DNA from: Azolla caroliniana
Taxonomy: Eukaryota > Plantae > Polypodiophyta
Length of the DNA stretch: 64,000 bases
Assembly: GCA_043228905.1 (NCBI GenBank)
Contig: JBHGNT010000076.1
Coordinates: 43,731 to 107,730, forward strand
Direction: 5' to 3'
Part shown: piece by piece, positions 39,101-54,100 of the stretch
Numbering within the stretch: position 1 is the stretch's first letter
Layout: each line of letters begins with the position of its first letter
Notes under the pieces: model-generated
Databases searched by the model: none
Seen by the model: the letters and a program-made list of their open reading frames with translations, nothing else
Told to the model about the DNA's origin: nothing
Position numbers and translations under genes: made by a program

Positions 39101-42100
39101 TAGTAGGTAAATTAAAATGTTCATACTTGGGTCGTGTGATATCGGATTTTTGTGTTCAAACATGCGATTCGAAGCTAACAACGCTAGCTATGATATGGAA
39201 TTAAAAAATCAAGATTTTGAAACTCAGGTCGAGGGACATGACGAAATTACCAAATTTGAGGAGTGAGTTGAGAAGAGCTAGTAGGTAAATTAAAATGTTC
39301 ATACCTGGCTCATGTGATATCGGATTTTTGTGTTCAAACATGCGAAACGAAGGTAACAATGCTACCTATGATATGAAATTAAAAGATCAAGATTTTGAAA
39401 CTCAGGTCGAGAGACATGACGAAATTACCAAATTTGAGTAGTGAGTTGAGAGCAGCCCTTGAGTAAATGAAAATGTTCATACCTGGCTCGTGTGATATCG
39501 GATTTTTGTGTTCAAACATGCGAATCGAAGCTAACAACGCTAGCTATGAGATAGAATTAAAAAACTCAAGATTTTGAAACTCAGGTCGAGAGACATGACG
39601 AAATTAGCAAATTTGAGTAGTGAGTTGAGGGGAGCCCTTGAGTAAATGAAAATGTTCCTACCTGGCTCGTGTGATATCAGATTTTTGTGTTCAAACATGC
39701 GATTCGAAGCTAACAACGCTAGCTATGATATGGAATTAAAAAATCAAGATTTTGAAACTCAGGTCGAGAGACATGACGAAATTAGCAAATTTGAGGAGTG
39801 AGTTGAGAAGAGCTAGTAGGTAAATGAAAATGTTCATACCTAGCTCGTGTGATATCGGATTTTTGTGTTCAAACATGCGAAACGAAGCTAACAATGCTAG
39901 ATACGATATGGAATTAAAAAATCAAGATTTTGAAACTCAGGTCGAGAGACATGACGAAATTAGCAAATTTGAGGAGTGTGTTGAGAAGAGCCCTTGAGTA
40001 AATGAAACTGTTCATACCTGGCTCGTGTGATATCGGATTTCTGTGTTCAAACATGCGAAACGAAGCTAACATCGCTAGCTATGATATGAAATTAAAAGAT
40101 CAAGATTTTGAAACTCAGGTCGAGAGACATGACGAAAATACCAAATTTGAGTAGTGAGTTGAGAGGAGCCCTTGAGTAAATGAAAATGTTCATACCTGGC
40201 TCGTGTGATATCGGATTTTTGTGTTCAAACATGCGATTCGAAGCTAACAACGCTAGCTATGATATGGAATTAAAAAATCAAGATTTTGAAACTCAGGTCG
40301 AGAGACATGACGAAATTACCAAATTTGAGGAGTGAGTTGAGAAGAGCTAGTAGGTAAATTAAAATGTTCATACCTGGCTCGTGTGATATCGGATTTTTGT
40401 GTTCAAACATGCGAAACGAAGCTAACAACGCTACCTATGATATGAAATTAAAAGATCAAGATTTTGAAACTCAGGTCGAGAGACATGACGAAATTACCAA
40501 ATTTGAGGAGTGAGTTGAGAAGAGCTAGTAGGTAAATGAAAATGTTCATACCTAGCTCGTGTGATATCGGATTTTTGTGTTCAAACATGCGAAACGAAGC
40601 TAACAACGCTAGTTACGATATTGAATTAAAAAATCAAGATTTTGAAACTCAGGTCGAGAGACATGACGAAATTACCAAATTTGAGTAGTGAGTTGAGAGG
40701 AGCCCTTGAGTAAATGAAAATGTTCATACCTGGCTCGTGTGATATCGGATTTTTGTGTTCAAACATGCGATTCGAAGCTAACAACGCTAGCTATGATATG
40801 GAATTAAAAAATCAAGATTTTGAAACTCAGGTCGAGAGACATGACGAAATTAGCAAATTTGAGGAGTGAGTTGAGAAGAGCTAGTAGGTAAATGAAAATG
40901 TTCATACCTAGCTCGTGTGATATCGGATTTTTGTGTTCAAACATGCGAAACGAAGCTAACAACGCTAGCTACGATATGGAATTAAAAAATCAAGATTTTG
41001 AAACTCAGGTCGAGAGACATGACGAAATTACCAAATTTGAGGAGTGAGTTGAGAAGAGCTAGTAGGTAAATTAAAATGTTCATACTTGGGTCGTGTGATA
41101 TCAGATTTTTGTGTTCAAACATGCGATTCGAAGCTAACAACGCTAGCTATGATATGGAATTAAAAAATCAAGATTTTGAAACTCAGGACGAGGGACATGA
41201 CGAAATTACCAAATTTGAGGAGTGAGTTGAGAAGAGCTAGTAGGTAAATTAAAATGTTCATACCTGGCTCGTGTGATATCGGATTTTTGTGTTCAAACAT
41301 GCGAAACGAAGCTAACAACGCTAGCTATGATATGAAATTAAAAGATGAAGATTTTGAAACTCAGGTCGAGAGACATGACGAAATTAGCAAATTTGAGGAG
41401 TGAGTTGAGAAGAGCTAGTAGGTAAATTAAAATGTTCATACCTGGCTCGTGTGATATCGGATTTTTGTGTTCAAACATGCGAAACGAAGCTAACAATGCT
41501 AGATACGATATGGAATTAAAAAATCAAGATTTTGAAACTCAGGTCGAGAGACATGACGAAATTACCAAATTTGAGGAGTGAGTTGAGAAGAGCTAGTAGG
41601 TAAATGAAAATGTTCATACCTAGCTCGTGTGATATCGGATTTTTGTGTTCAAACATGCGAAACGAAGCTAACAATGCTAGATACGATATGGAATTAAAAA
41701 ATCAAGATTTTGAAACTCAGGTCGAGAGACATGACGAAATTACCAAATTTGAGGAGTGAGTTGAGGGGAGCCCTTGAGTAAATGAAAATGTTCATACCTG
41801 GCTCGTGTGATATCGGATTTTTGTGTTCAAACATGCGATTCGAAGCTAACAACGCTAGCTATGATATGGAATTAAAAAATCAAGATTTTGAAACTCAGGT
41901 CGAGAGACATGATGAAATTAGCAAATTTGAGGAGTGAGTTGAGGGGAGCCCTTGAGTAAATGAAAATGTTCATACCTGGCTCGTGTGATATCGGATTTTT
42001 GTGTTCAAACATGCGATTCGAAGCTAACAACGCTAGCTATGATATGGAATTAAAAAATCAAGATTTTGAAACTCAGGTCGAAAGACATGACGAAATTAGC

Positions 42101-45100
42101 AAATTTGAGGAGTGAGTTGAGAAGAGCTAGTAGGTAAATTAAAATGTTCATACCTGGCTCGTGTGATATCGGATTTTTGTGTTCAAACATGCGAAACGAA
42201 GCTAACATCGCTAGCTATGATATGAAATTAAAAAGTCAAGATTTTGAAACTCAGGTCGAGAGACATGATGAAATTAGCAAATTTGAGGAGTGAGTTGAGG
42301 GGAGCCCTTGAGTAAATGAAAATGTTCATACCTGGCTCGTGTGATATCGGATTTTTGTGTTCAAACATGCGATTCGAAGCTAACAACGCTAGCTATGATA
42401 TGGAATTAAAAAATCAAGATTTTGACACTCAGGTCGAGAGACATGACGAAATTAGCAAATTTGAGGAGTGAGTTGAGAAGAGCTAGTAGGTAAATTAAAA
42501 TGTTCATACCTGGCTCGTGTGATATCGGATTTTTGTGTTCAAACATGCGAAACGAAGCTAACATCGCTAGCTATGATATGAAATTAAAAAGTCAAGATTT
42601 TGAAACTCAGGTCGAGAGACATGACGAAATTAGCAAATTTGAGGAGTGAGTTGAGAGGAGCCCTTGAGTAAATGAAAATGTTCATACCTGGCTCGTGTGA
42701 TATCGGATTTTTGTGTTCAAACATGCGATTCGAAGCTAACAACGCTAGCTATGATATGGAATTAAAAAATCATGATTTTGAAACTCAGGTCGAGAGACAT
42801 GACGAAATTACCAAATTTGAGGAGTGAGTTGAGAAGAGCTAGTAGGTAAATGAAAATGTTCATACCTAGCTCGTGTGATATGTGATTTTTGTGTTCAAAC
42901 ATGCGAAACGAAGCTAACAATGCTAGATACGATATGGAATTAAAAAATCAAGATTTTGAAACTCAGGTCGAGAGACATGACGAAATTACCAAATTTGAGG
43001 AGTGAGTTGAGGGGAGCCCTTGAGTAAATGAAAATGTTCATACCTGGCTCGTGTGATATCGGATTTTTGTGTTCAAACATGCGATTCGAAGCTAACAACG
43101 CTAGCTATGATATGGAATTAAAAAATCAAGATTTTGAAACTCAGGTCGAGAGACATGATGAAATTAGCAAATTTGAGGAGTGAGTTGAGGGGAGCCCTTG
43201 AGTAAATGAAAATGTTCATACCTGGCTCGTGTGATATCGGATTTTTGTGTTCAAACATGCGATTCGAAGCTAACAACGCTAGCTATGATATGGAATTAAA
43301 AAATCAAGATTTTGAAACTCAGGTCGAGAGACATGACGAAAATACCAAATTTGAGTAGTGAGTTGAGAGGAGCCCTTGAGTAAATGAAAATGTTCATACC
43401 TGGCTCCTGTGATATCGGATTTTTGTGTTCAAACATGCGATTCGAAGCTAACAACGCTAGCTATGATATGGAATTAAAAAATCAAGATTTTGAAACTCAG
43501 GTCGAGAGACATGACGAAATTAGCAAATTTGAGGAGTGAGTTGAGAAGAGCTAGTAGGTAAATGAAAATGTTCATACCTGGCTCTTGTGATATCCGATTT
43601 TTGTGTTCAAACATGCGAAACGAAGCTAACAATGCTAGATACGATATGGAATTAAAAAATCAAGATTTTGAAACTCAGGTCGAGAGACATGACGAAATTA
43701 CCAAATTTGAGGAGTGAGTTGAGAAGAGCTAGTAGGTAAATTAAAATGTTCATACCTGGGTCGTGTGATATCGGATTTTTGTGTTCAAACATGCGAAACG
43801 AAGCTAACAATGCTAGATACGATATGGAATTAAAAAATCAAGATTTTGAAACTCAGGTCGAGAGACATGACCAAATTACCAAATTTGAGGAGTGAGTTGA
43901 GAAGAGCTAGTAGGTAAATTAAAATGTTCATACTTGGTCATACCTGGCTCGTGTGATATCGGATTTTTGTGTTCAAACATGCGAATCGAAGGTAACAATG
44001 CTAGATACGATATGGAATTAAAAAATCAAGATTTTGAAACTCAGGTCGAGAGACATGACGAAATTACCAAATTTGAGGAGTGAGTTGAGAAGAGCTAGTA
44101 GGTAAATTAAAATGTTCATACCTGGCTCGTGTGATATCGGATTTTTGTGTTCAAACATGCGAAACGAAGCTAACATCGCTAGCTATGATATGAAATTAAA
44201 AAGTCAAGATTTTGAAACTCAGGTCGAGAGACATGACGAAATTACCAAATTTGAGGAGTGAGTTGAGAAGAGCCCTTGAGTAAATGAAACTGTTCATACC
44301 TGGCTCGTGTGATATCGGATTTCTGTGTTCAAACATGCGAAACGAAGCTAACATCGCTAGCTATGATATGAAATTAAAAGATCAAGATTTTGAAACTCAG
44401 GTCGAGAGACATGACGAAAATACCAAATTTGAGTAGTGAGTTGAGAGGAGCCCTTGAGTAAATGAAAATGTTCATACCTGGCTCGTATGATATCGGATTT
44501 TTGTGTTCAAACATGCGATTCGAAGCTAACAACGCTAGCTATGATATGGAATTAAAAAATCAAGATTTTGAAACTCAGGTCGAGAGACATGATGAAATTA
44601 GCAAATTTGAGGAGTGAGTTGAGAAGAGCTAGTAGGTAAATGAAAATGGTCATACCTAGCTCGTGTGATATCGGATTTTTGTGTTCAAACATGCGAAACG
44701 AAGCTAACAATGCTAGATACGATATGGAATTAAAAAATCAAGATTTTGAAACTCAGGTCGAGAGACATGACGAAATTACCAAATTTGAGGAGTGAGTTGA
44801 GGGGAGCCCTTGAGTAAATGAAAATGGTCATACCTGGCTCGTGTGATATCGGATTTTTGTGTTCAAACATGCGAAACGAAGCTAACAACGCTAGCTATGA
44901 TATGGAATTAAAAGATCAAGATTTTGAAACTCAGGTCGAGAGACATGACGAAATTACCAAATTTGAGTAGAGAGTTGAGAGGAGTCCTTGAGTAAATGAA
45001 AATGTTCATACCTGGTTCGTGTGATATCGGATTTTTGTGTTCAAACATGCGATTCGAAGCTAACAACGCTAGCTATGATATGGAATTAAAAAATCAAGAT

Positions 45101-48100
45101 TTTGAAACTCAGGTCAAGAGACATGAAGAAATTAGCAAATTAGAGGAGGGAGTGGAGAAGAGCCCGTTCGGAAATGAAAATGTTCCTACCTGGCTCGTGT
45201 GATATCTGCTTTTTGTGTTCAAACATGCGAATCGAAGCAAACAAAGCTAGCTATGATATAGAATTAAAAAATCAAGATTTTGAAACTCAGGTCGAGAGAC
45301 ATGACGAAATTAGCAAATTTGAGGAGTGAGTTGAGAAGAGCTAGTAGGTAAATTAAAATGTTCATACCTGGCTCGTGTGATATCGGATTTTTGTGTTCAA
45401 ACATGCGAAACGAAGCTAACAACGCTACCTATGATATGAAATTAAAAGATCAAGATTTTGAAACTCAGGTCGAGAGACATGACGAAATTACCAAATTTGA
45501 GGAGTGAGTTGAGAAGAGCTAGTAGGTAAATGAAAATGTTCATACCTAGCTCGTGTGATATCGGATTTTTGTGTTCAAACATGCGAAACGAAGCTAACAA
45601 CGCTAGCTACGATATGGAATTAAAAAATCAAGATTTTGAAATACAGGTCGAGAGACATGACGAAATTACCAAATTTGAGGAGTGAGTTGAGAAGAGCTAG
45701 TAGGTAAATTAAAATGTTCATACTTGGGTCGTGTGATATCAGATTTTTGTGTTCAAACATGCGATTCGAAGCTAACAACGCTAGCTATGATATGGAATTA
45801 AAAAATCAAGATTTTGAAACTCAGGACGAGGGACATGACGAAATTACCAAATTTGAGGAGTGAGTTGAGAAGAGCTAGTAGGTAAATTAAAATGTTCATA
45901 CCTGGCTCGTGTGATATCGGATTTTTGTGTTCAAACATGCGAAACGAAGCTAACAACGCTAGCTATGATATGAAATTAAAAGATGAAGATTTTGAAACTC
46001 AGGTCGAGAGACATGACGAAATTAGCAAATTTGAGGAGTGAGTTGAGAAGAGCTAGTAGGTAAATTAAAATGTTCATACCTGGCTCGTGTGATATCGGAT
46101 TTTTGTGTTCAAACATGCGAAACGAAGCTAACAATGCTAGATACGATATGGAATTAAAAAATCAAGATTTTGAAACTCAGGTCGAGAGACATGACGAAAT
46201 TACCAAATTTGAGGAGTGAGTTGAGAAGAGCTAGTAGGTAAATGAAAATGTTCATACCTAGCTCGTGTGATATCGGATTTTTGTGTTCAAACATGCGAAA
46301 CGAAGCTAACAATGCTAGATACGATATGGAATTAAAAAATCAAGATTTTGAAACTCAGGTCGAGAGACATGACGAAATTACCAAATTTGAGGAGTGAGTT
46401 GAGAAGAGCTAGTAGGTAAATTAAAATGTTCATACTTGGGTCGTGTGATATCAGATTTTTGTGTTCAAACATGCGATTCGAAGCTAACAACGCTAGCTAT
46501 GATATGGAATTAAAAAATCAAGATTTTGAAACTCAGGTCGAGGGACATGACGAAATTACCAAATTTGTGGAGTGAGTTGAGAAGAGCTAGTAGGTAAATT
46601 AAAATGTTCATACCTGGCTCGTGTGATATCGGATTTTTGTGTTCAAACATGCGAAACGAAGCTAACAACGCTAGCTATGATATGAAATTAAAAGATGAAG
46701 ATTTTGAAACTCAGGTCGAGAGACATGACGAAATTACCAAATTTGAGTAGTGAGTTGAGAGGAGCCCTTGAGTAAATGAAAATGGTCATACCTGGCTCGT
46801 GTGATATCGGATTTTTGTGTTCAAACATGCGAAACGAAGCTAACAACGCTAGCTATGATATGAAATTAAAAGATGAAGATTTTGAAACTCAGGTCGAGAG
46901 ACATGACGAAATTACCAAATTTGAGTAGTGAGTTGAGAGGAGCCCTTGAGTAAATGAAAATGGTCATACCTGGCTCGTGTGATATCGGATTTTTGTGTTC
47001 AAACATGCGAAACGAAGCTAACAATGCTAGATACGATATGGAATTAAAAAATCAAGATTTTGAAACTCAGGTCGAGAGACATGACGAAATTACCAAATTT
47101 GAGGAGTGAGTTGAGGGGAGCCCTTGAGTAAATGAAAATGTTCATACCTGGCTCGTGTGATATCGGATTTTTGTGTTCAAACATGCGATTCGAAGCTAAC
47201 AACGCTAGCTATGATATGGAATTAAAAAATCAAGATTTTGAAACTCAGGTCGAGAGACATGATGAAATTAGCAAATTTGAGGAGTGAGTTGAGGGGAGCC
47301 CTTGAGTAAATGAAAATGTTCATACCTGGCTCGTGTGATATCGGATTTTTGTGTTCAAACATGCGATTCGAAGCTAACAACGCTAGCTATGATATGGAAT
47401 TAAAAAATCAAGATTTTGAAACTCAGGTCGAAAGACATGACGAAATTAGCAAATTTGAGGAGTGAGTTGAGAAGAGCTAGTAGGTAAATTAAAATGTTCA
47501 TACCTGGCTCGTGTGATATCGGATTTTTGTGTTCAAACATGCGAAACGAAGCTAACATCGCTAGCTATGATATGAAATTAAAAAGTCAAGATTTTGAAAC
47601 TCAGGTCGAGAGACATGATGAAATTAGCAAATTTGAGGAGTGAGTTGAGGGGAGCCCTTGAGTAAATGAAAATGTTCATACCTGGCTCGTGTGATATCGG
47701 ATTTTTGTGTTCAAACATGCGATTCGAAGCTAACAACGCTAGCTATGATATGGAATTAAAAAATCAAGATTTTGAAACTCAGGTCGAGAGACATGACGAA
47801 ATTAGCAAATTTGAGGAGTGAGTTGAGAAGAGCTAGTAGGTAAATTAAAATGTTCATACCTGGCTCGTGTGATATCGGATTTTTGTGTTCAAACATGCGA
47901 AACGAAGCTAACATCGCTAGCTATGATATGAAATTAAAAAGTCAAGATTTTGAAACTCAGGTCGAGAGACATGACGAAATTAGCAAATTTGAGGAGTGAG
48001 TTGAGAGGAGCCCTTGAGTAAATGAAAATGTTCATACCTGGCTCGTGTGATATCGGATTTTTGTGTTCAAACATGCGATTCGAAGCTAACAACGCTAGCT

Positions 48101-51100
48101 ATGATATGGAATTAAAAAATCATGATTTTGAAACTCAGGTCGAGAGACATGACGAAATTACCAAATTTGAGGAGTGAGTTGAGAAGAGCTAGTAGGTAAA
48201 TGAAAATGTTCATACCTAGCTCGTGTGATATCGGATTTTTGTGTTCAAACATGCGAAACGAAGCTAACAATGCTAGATACGATATGGAATTAAAAAATCA
48301 AGATTTTGAAACTCAGGTCGAGAGACATGACGAAATTACCAAATTTGAGGAGTGAGTTGAGAAGAGCTAGTAGGTAAATTAAAATGTTCATACTTGGGTC
48401 GTGTGATATCGGATTTTTGTGTTCAAACATGCGATTCGAAGCTAACAACGCTAGCTATGATATGGAATTAAAAAATCAAGATTTTGAAACTCAGGTCGAG
48501 GGACATGACGAAATTACCAAATTTGAGGAGTGAGTTGAGAAGAGCTAGTAGGTAAATTAAAATGTTCATACCTGGCTCATGTGATATCGGATTTTTGTGT
48601 TCAAACATGCGAAACGAAGGTAACAATGCTACCTATGATATGAAATTAAAAGATCAAGATTTTGAAACTCAGGTCGAGAGACATGACGAAATTACCAAAT
48701 TTGAGTAGTGAGTTGAGAGCAGCCCTTGAGTAAATGAAAATGTTCATACCTGGCTCGTGTGATATCGGATTTTTGTGTTCAAACATGCGAATCGAAGCTA
48801 ACAACGCTAGCTATGAGATAGAATTAAAAAACTCAAGATTTTGAAACTCAGGTCGAGAGACATGACGAAATTAGCAAATTTGAGTAGTGAGTTGAGGGGA
48901 GCCCTTGAGTAAATGAAAATGTTCCTACCTGGCTCGTGTGATATCAGATTTTTGTGTTCAAACATGCGATTCGAAGCTAACAACGCTAGCTATGATATGG
49001 AATTAAAAAATCAAGATTTTGAAACTCAGGTCGAGAGACATGACGAAATTAGCAAATTTGAGGAGTGAGTTGAGAAGAGCTAGTAGGTAAATGAAAATGT
49101 TCATACCTAGCTCGTGTGATATCGGATTTTTGTGTTCAAACATGCGAAACGAAGCTAACAATGCTAGATACGATATGGAATTAAAAAATCAAGATTTTGA
49201 AACTCAGGTCGAGAGACATGACGAAATTAGCAAATTTGAGGAGTGTGTTGAGAAGAGCCCTTGAGTAAATGAAACTGTTCATACCTGGCTCGTGTGATAT
49301 CGGATTTCTGTGTTCAAACATGCGAAACGAAGCTAACATCGCTAGCTATGATATGAAATTAAAAGATCAAGATTTTGAAACTCAGGTCGAGAGACATGAC
49401 GAAAATACCAAATTTGAGTAGTGAGTTGAGAGGAGCCCTTGAGTAAATGAAAATGTTCATACCTGGCTCGTGTGATATCGGATTTTTGTGTTCAAACATG
49501 CGATTCGAAGCTAACAACGCTAGCTATGATATGGAATTAAAAAATCAAGATTTTGAAACTCAGGTCGAGAGACATGACGAAATTACCAAATTTGAGGAGT
49601 GAGTTGAGAAGAGCTAGTAGGTAAATTAAAATGTTCATACCTGGCTCGTGTGATATCGGATTTTTGTGTTCAAACATGCGAAACGAAGCTAACAACGCTA
49701 CCTATGATATGAAATTAAAAGATCAAGATTTTGAAACTCAGGTCGAGAGACATGACGAAATTACCAAATTTGAGGAGTGAGTTGAGAAGAGCTAGTAGGT
49801 AAATGAAAATGTTCATACCTAGCTCGTGTGATATCGGATTTTTGTGTTCAAACATGCGAAACGAAGCTAACAACGCTAGTTACGATATTGAATTAAAAAA
49901 TCAAGATTTTGAAACTCAGGTCGAGAGACATGACGAAATTACCAAATTTGAGTAGTGAGTTGAGAGGAGCCCTTGAGTAAATGAAAATGTTCATACCTGG
50001 CTCGTGTGATATCGGATTTTTGTGTTCAAACATGCGATTCGAAGCTAACAACGCTAGCTATGATATGGAATTAAAAAATCAAGATTTTGAAACTCAGGTC
50101 GAGAGACATGACGAAATTACCAAATTTGAGGAGTGAGTTGAGAAGAGCTAGTAGGTAAATGAAAATGTTCATACCTAGCTCGTGTGATATCGGATTTTTG
50201 TGTTCAAACATGCGAAACGAAGCTAACAACGCTAGCTACGATATGGAATTAAAAAATCAAGATTTTGAAACTCAGGTCGAGAGACATGACGAAATTACCA
50301 AATTTGAGGAGTGAGTTGAGAAGAGCTAGTAGGTAAATTAAAATGTTCATACTTGGGTCGTGTGATATCAGATTTTTGTGTTCAAACATGCGATTCGAAG
50401 CTAACAACGCTAGCTATGATATGGAATTAAAAAATCAAGATTTTGAAACTCAGGACGAGGGACATGACGAAATTACCAAATTTGAGGAGTGAGTTGAGAA
50501 GAGCTAGTAGGTAAATTAAAATGTTCATACCTGGCTCGTGTGATATCGGATTTTTGTGTTCAAACATGCGAAACGAAGCTAACAACGCTAGCTATGATAT
50601 GAAATTAAAAGATGAAGATTTTGAAACTCAGGTCGAGAGACATGACGAAATTAGCAAATTTGAGGAGTGAGTTGAGAAGAGCTAGTAGGTAAATTAAAAT
50701 GTTCATACCTGGCTCGTGTGATATCGGATTTTTGTGTTCAAACATGCGAAACGAAGCTAACAATGCTAGATACGATATGGAATTAAAAAATCAAGATTTT
50801 GAAACTCAGGTCGAGAGACATGACGAAATTACCAAATTTGAGGAGTGAGTTGAGAAGAGCTAGTAGGTAAATGAAAATGTTCATACCTAGCTCGTGTGAT
50901 ATCGGATTTTTGTGTTCAAACATGCGAAACGAAGCTAACAATGCTAGATACGATATGGAATTAAAAAATCAAGATTTTGAAACTCAGGTCGAGAGACATG
51001 ACGAAATTACCAAATTTGAGGAGTGAGTTGAGGGGAGCCCTTGAGTAAATGAAAATGTTCATACCTGGCTCGTGTGATATCGGATTTTTGTGTTCAAACA

Positions 51101-54100
51101 TGCGATTCGAAGCTAACAACGCTAGCTATGATATGGAATTAAAAAATCAAGATTTTGAAACTCAGGTCGAGAGACATGATGAAATTAGCAAATTTGAGGA
51201 GTGAGTTGAGGGGAGCCCTTGAGTAAATGAAAATGTTCATACCTGGCTCGTGTGATATCGGATTTTTGTGTTCAAACATGCGATTCGAAGCTAACAACGC
51301 TAGCTATGATATGGAATTAAAAAATCAAGATTTTGAAACTCAGGTCGAAAGACATGACGAAATTAGCAAATTTGAGGAGTGAGTTGAGAAGAGCTAGTAG
51401 GTAAATTAAAATGTTCATACCTGGCTCGTGTGATATCGGATTTTTGTGTTCAAACATGCGAAACGAAGCTAACATCGCTAGCTATGATATGAAATTAAAA
51501 AGTCAAGATTTTGAAACTCAGGTCGAGAGACATGATGAAATTAGCAAATTTGAGGAGTGAGTTGAGGGGAGCCCTTGAGTAAATGAAAATGTTCATACCT
51601 GGCTCGTGTGATATCGGATTTTTGTGTTCAAACATGCGATTCGAAGCTAACAACGCTAGCTATGATATGGAATTAAAAAATCAAGATTTTGACACTCAGG
51701 TCGAGAGACATGACGAAATTAGCAAATTTGAGGAGTGAGTTGAGAAGAGCTAGTAGGTAAATTAAAATGTTCATACCTGGCTCGTGTGATATCGGATTTT
51801 TGTGTTCAAACATGCGAAACGAAGCTAACATCGCTAGCTATGATATGAAATTAAAAAGTCAAGATTTTGAAACTCAGGTCGAGAGACATGACGAAATTAG
51901 CAAATTTGAGGAGTGAGTTGAGAGGAGCCCTTGAGTAAATGAAAATGTTCATACCTGGCTCGTGTGATATCGGATTTTTGTGTTCAAACATGCGATTCGA
52001 AGCTAACAACGCTAGCTATGATATGGAATTAAAAAATCATGATTTTGAAACTCAGGTCGAGAGACATGACGAAATTACCAAATTTGAGGAGTGAGTTGAG
52101 AAGAGCTAGTAGGTAAATGAAAATGTTCATACCTAGCTCGTGTGATATGTGATTTTTGTGTTCAAACATGCGAAACGAAGCTAACAATGCTAGATACGAT
52201 ATGGAATTAAAAAATCAAGATTTTGAAACCTAGGTCGAGAGACATGACGAAATTACCAAATTTGAGGAGTGAGTTGAGGGGAGCCCTTGAGTAAATGAAA
52301 ATGTTCATACCTGGCTCGTGTGATATCGGATTTTTGTGTTCAAACATGCGATTCGAAGCTAACAACGCTAGCTATGATATGGAATTAAAAAATCAAGATT
52401 TTGAAACTCAGGTCGAGAGACATGATGAAATTAGCAAATTTGAGGAGTGAGTTGAGGGGAGCCCTTGAGTAAATGAAAATGTTCATACCTGGCTCGTGTG
52501 ATATCGGATTTTTGTGTTCAAACATGCGATTCGAAGCTAACAACGCTAGCTATGATATGGAATTAAAAAATCAAGATTTTGAAACTCAGGTCGAGAGACA
52601 TGACGAAAATACCAAATTTGAGTAGTGAGTTGAGAGGAGCCCTTGAGTAAATGAAAATGTTCATACCTGGCTCCTGTGATATCGGATTTTTGTGTTCAAA
52701 CATGCGATTCGAAGCTAACAACGCTAGCTATGATATGGAATTAAAAAATCAAGATTTTGAAACTCAGGTCGAGAGACATGACGAAATTAGCAAATTTGAG
52801 GAGTGAGTTGAGAAGAGCTAGTAGGTAAATGAAAATGTTCATACCTGGCTCTTGTGATATCCGATTTTTGTGTTCAAACATGCGAAACGAAGCTAACAAT
52901 GCTAGATACGATATGGAATTAAAAAATCAAGATTTTGAAACTCAGGTCGAGAGACATGACGAAATTACCAAATTTGAGGAGTGAGTTGAGAAGAGCTAGT
53001 AGGTAAATTAAAATGTTCATACCTGGGTCGTGTGATATCGGATTTTTGTGTTCAAACATGCGAAACGAAGCTAACAATGCTAGATACGATATGGAATTAA
53101 AAAATCAAGATTTTGAAACTCAGGTCGAGAGACATGACCAAATTACCAAATTTGAGGAGTGAGTTGAGAAGAGCTAGTAGGTAAATTAAAATGTTCATAC
53201 TTGGTCATACCTGGCTCGTGTGATATCGGATTTTTGTGTTCAAACATGCGAATCGAAGGTAACAATGCTAGATACGATATGGAATTAAAAAATCAAGATT
53301 TTGAAACTCAGGTCGAGAGACATGACGAAATTACCAAATTTGAGGAGTGAGTTGAGAAGAGCTAGTAGGTAAATTAAAATGTTCATACCTGGCTCGTGTG
53401 ATATCGGATTTTTGTGTTCAAACATGCGAAACGAAGCTAACATCGCTAGCTATGATATGAAATTAAAAAGTCAAGATTTTGAAACTCAGGTCGAGAGACA
53501 TGACGAAATTACCAAATTTGAGGAGTGAGTTGAGAAGAGCCCTTGAGTAAATGAAACTGTTCATACCTGGCTCGTGTGATATCGGATTTCTGTGTTCAAA
53601 CATGCGAAACGAAGCTAACATCGCTAGCTATGATATGAAATTAAAAGATCAAGATTTTGAAACTCAGGTCGAGAGACATGACGAAAATACCAAATTTGAG
53701 TAGTGAGTTGAGAGGAGCCCTTGAGTAAATGAAAATGTTCATACCTGGCTCGTATGATATCGGATTTTTGTGTTCAAACATGCGATTCGAAGCTAACAAC
53801 GCTAGCTATGATATGGAATTAAAAAATCAAGATTTTGAAACTCAGGTCGAGAGACATGATGAAATTAGCAAATTTGAGGAGTGAGTTGAGAAGAGCTAGT
53901 AGGTAAATGAAAATGGTCATACCTAGCTCGTGTGATATCGGATTTTTGTGTTCAAACATGCGAAACGAAGCTAACAATGCTAGATACGATATGGAATTAA
54001 AAAATCAAGATTTTGAAACTCAGGTCGAGAGACATGACGAAATTACCAAATTTGAGGAGTGAGTTGAGGGGAGCCCTTGAGTAAATGAAAATGGTCATAC

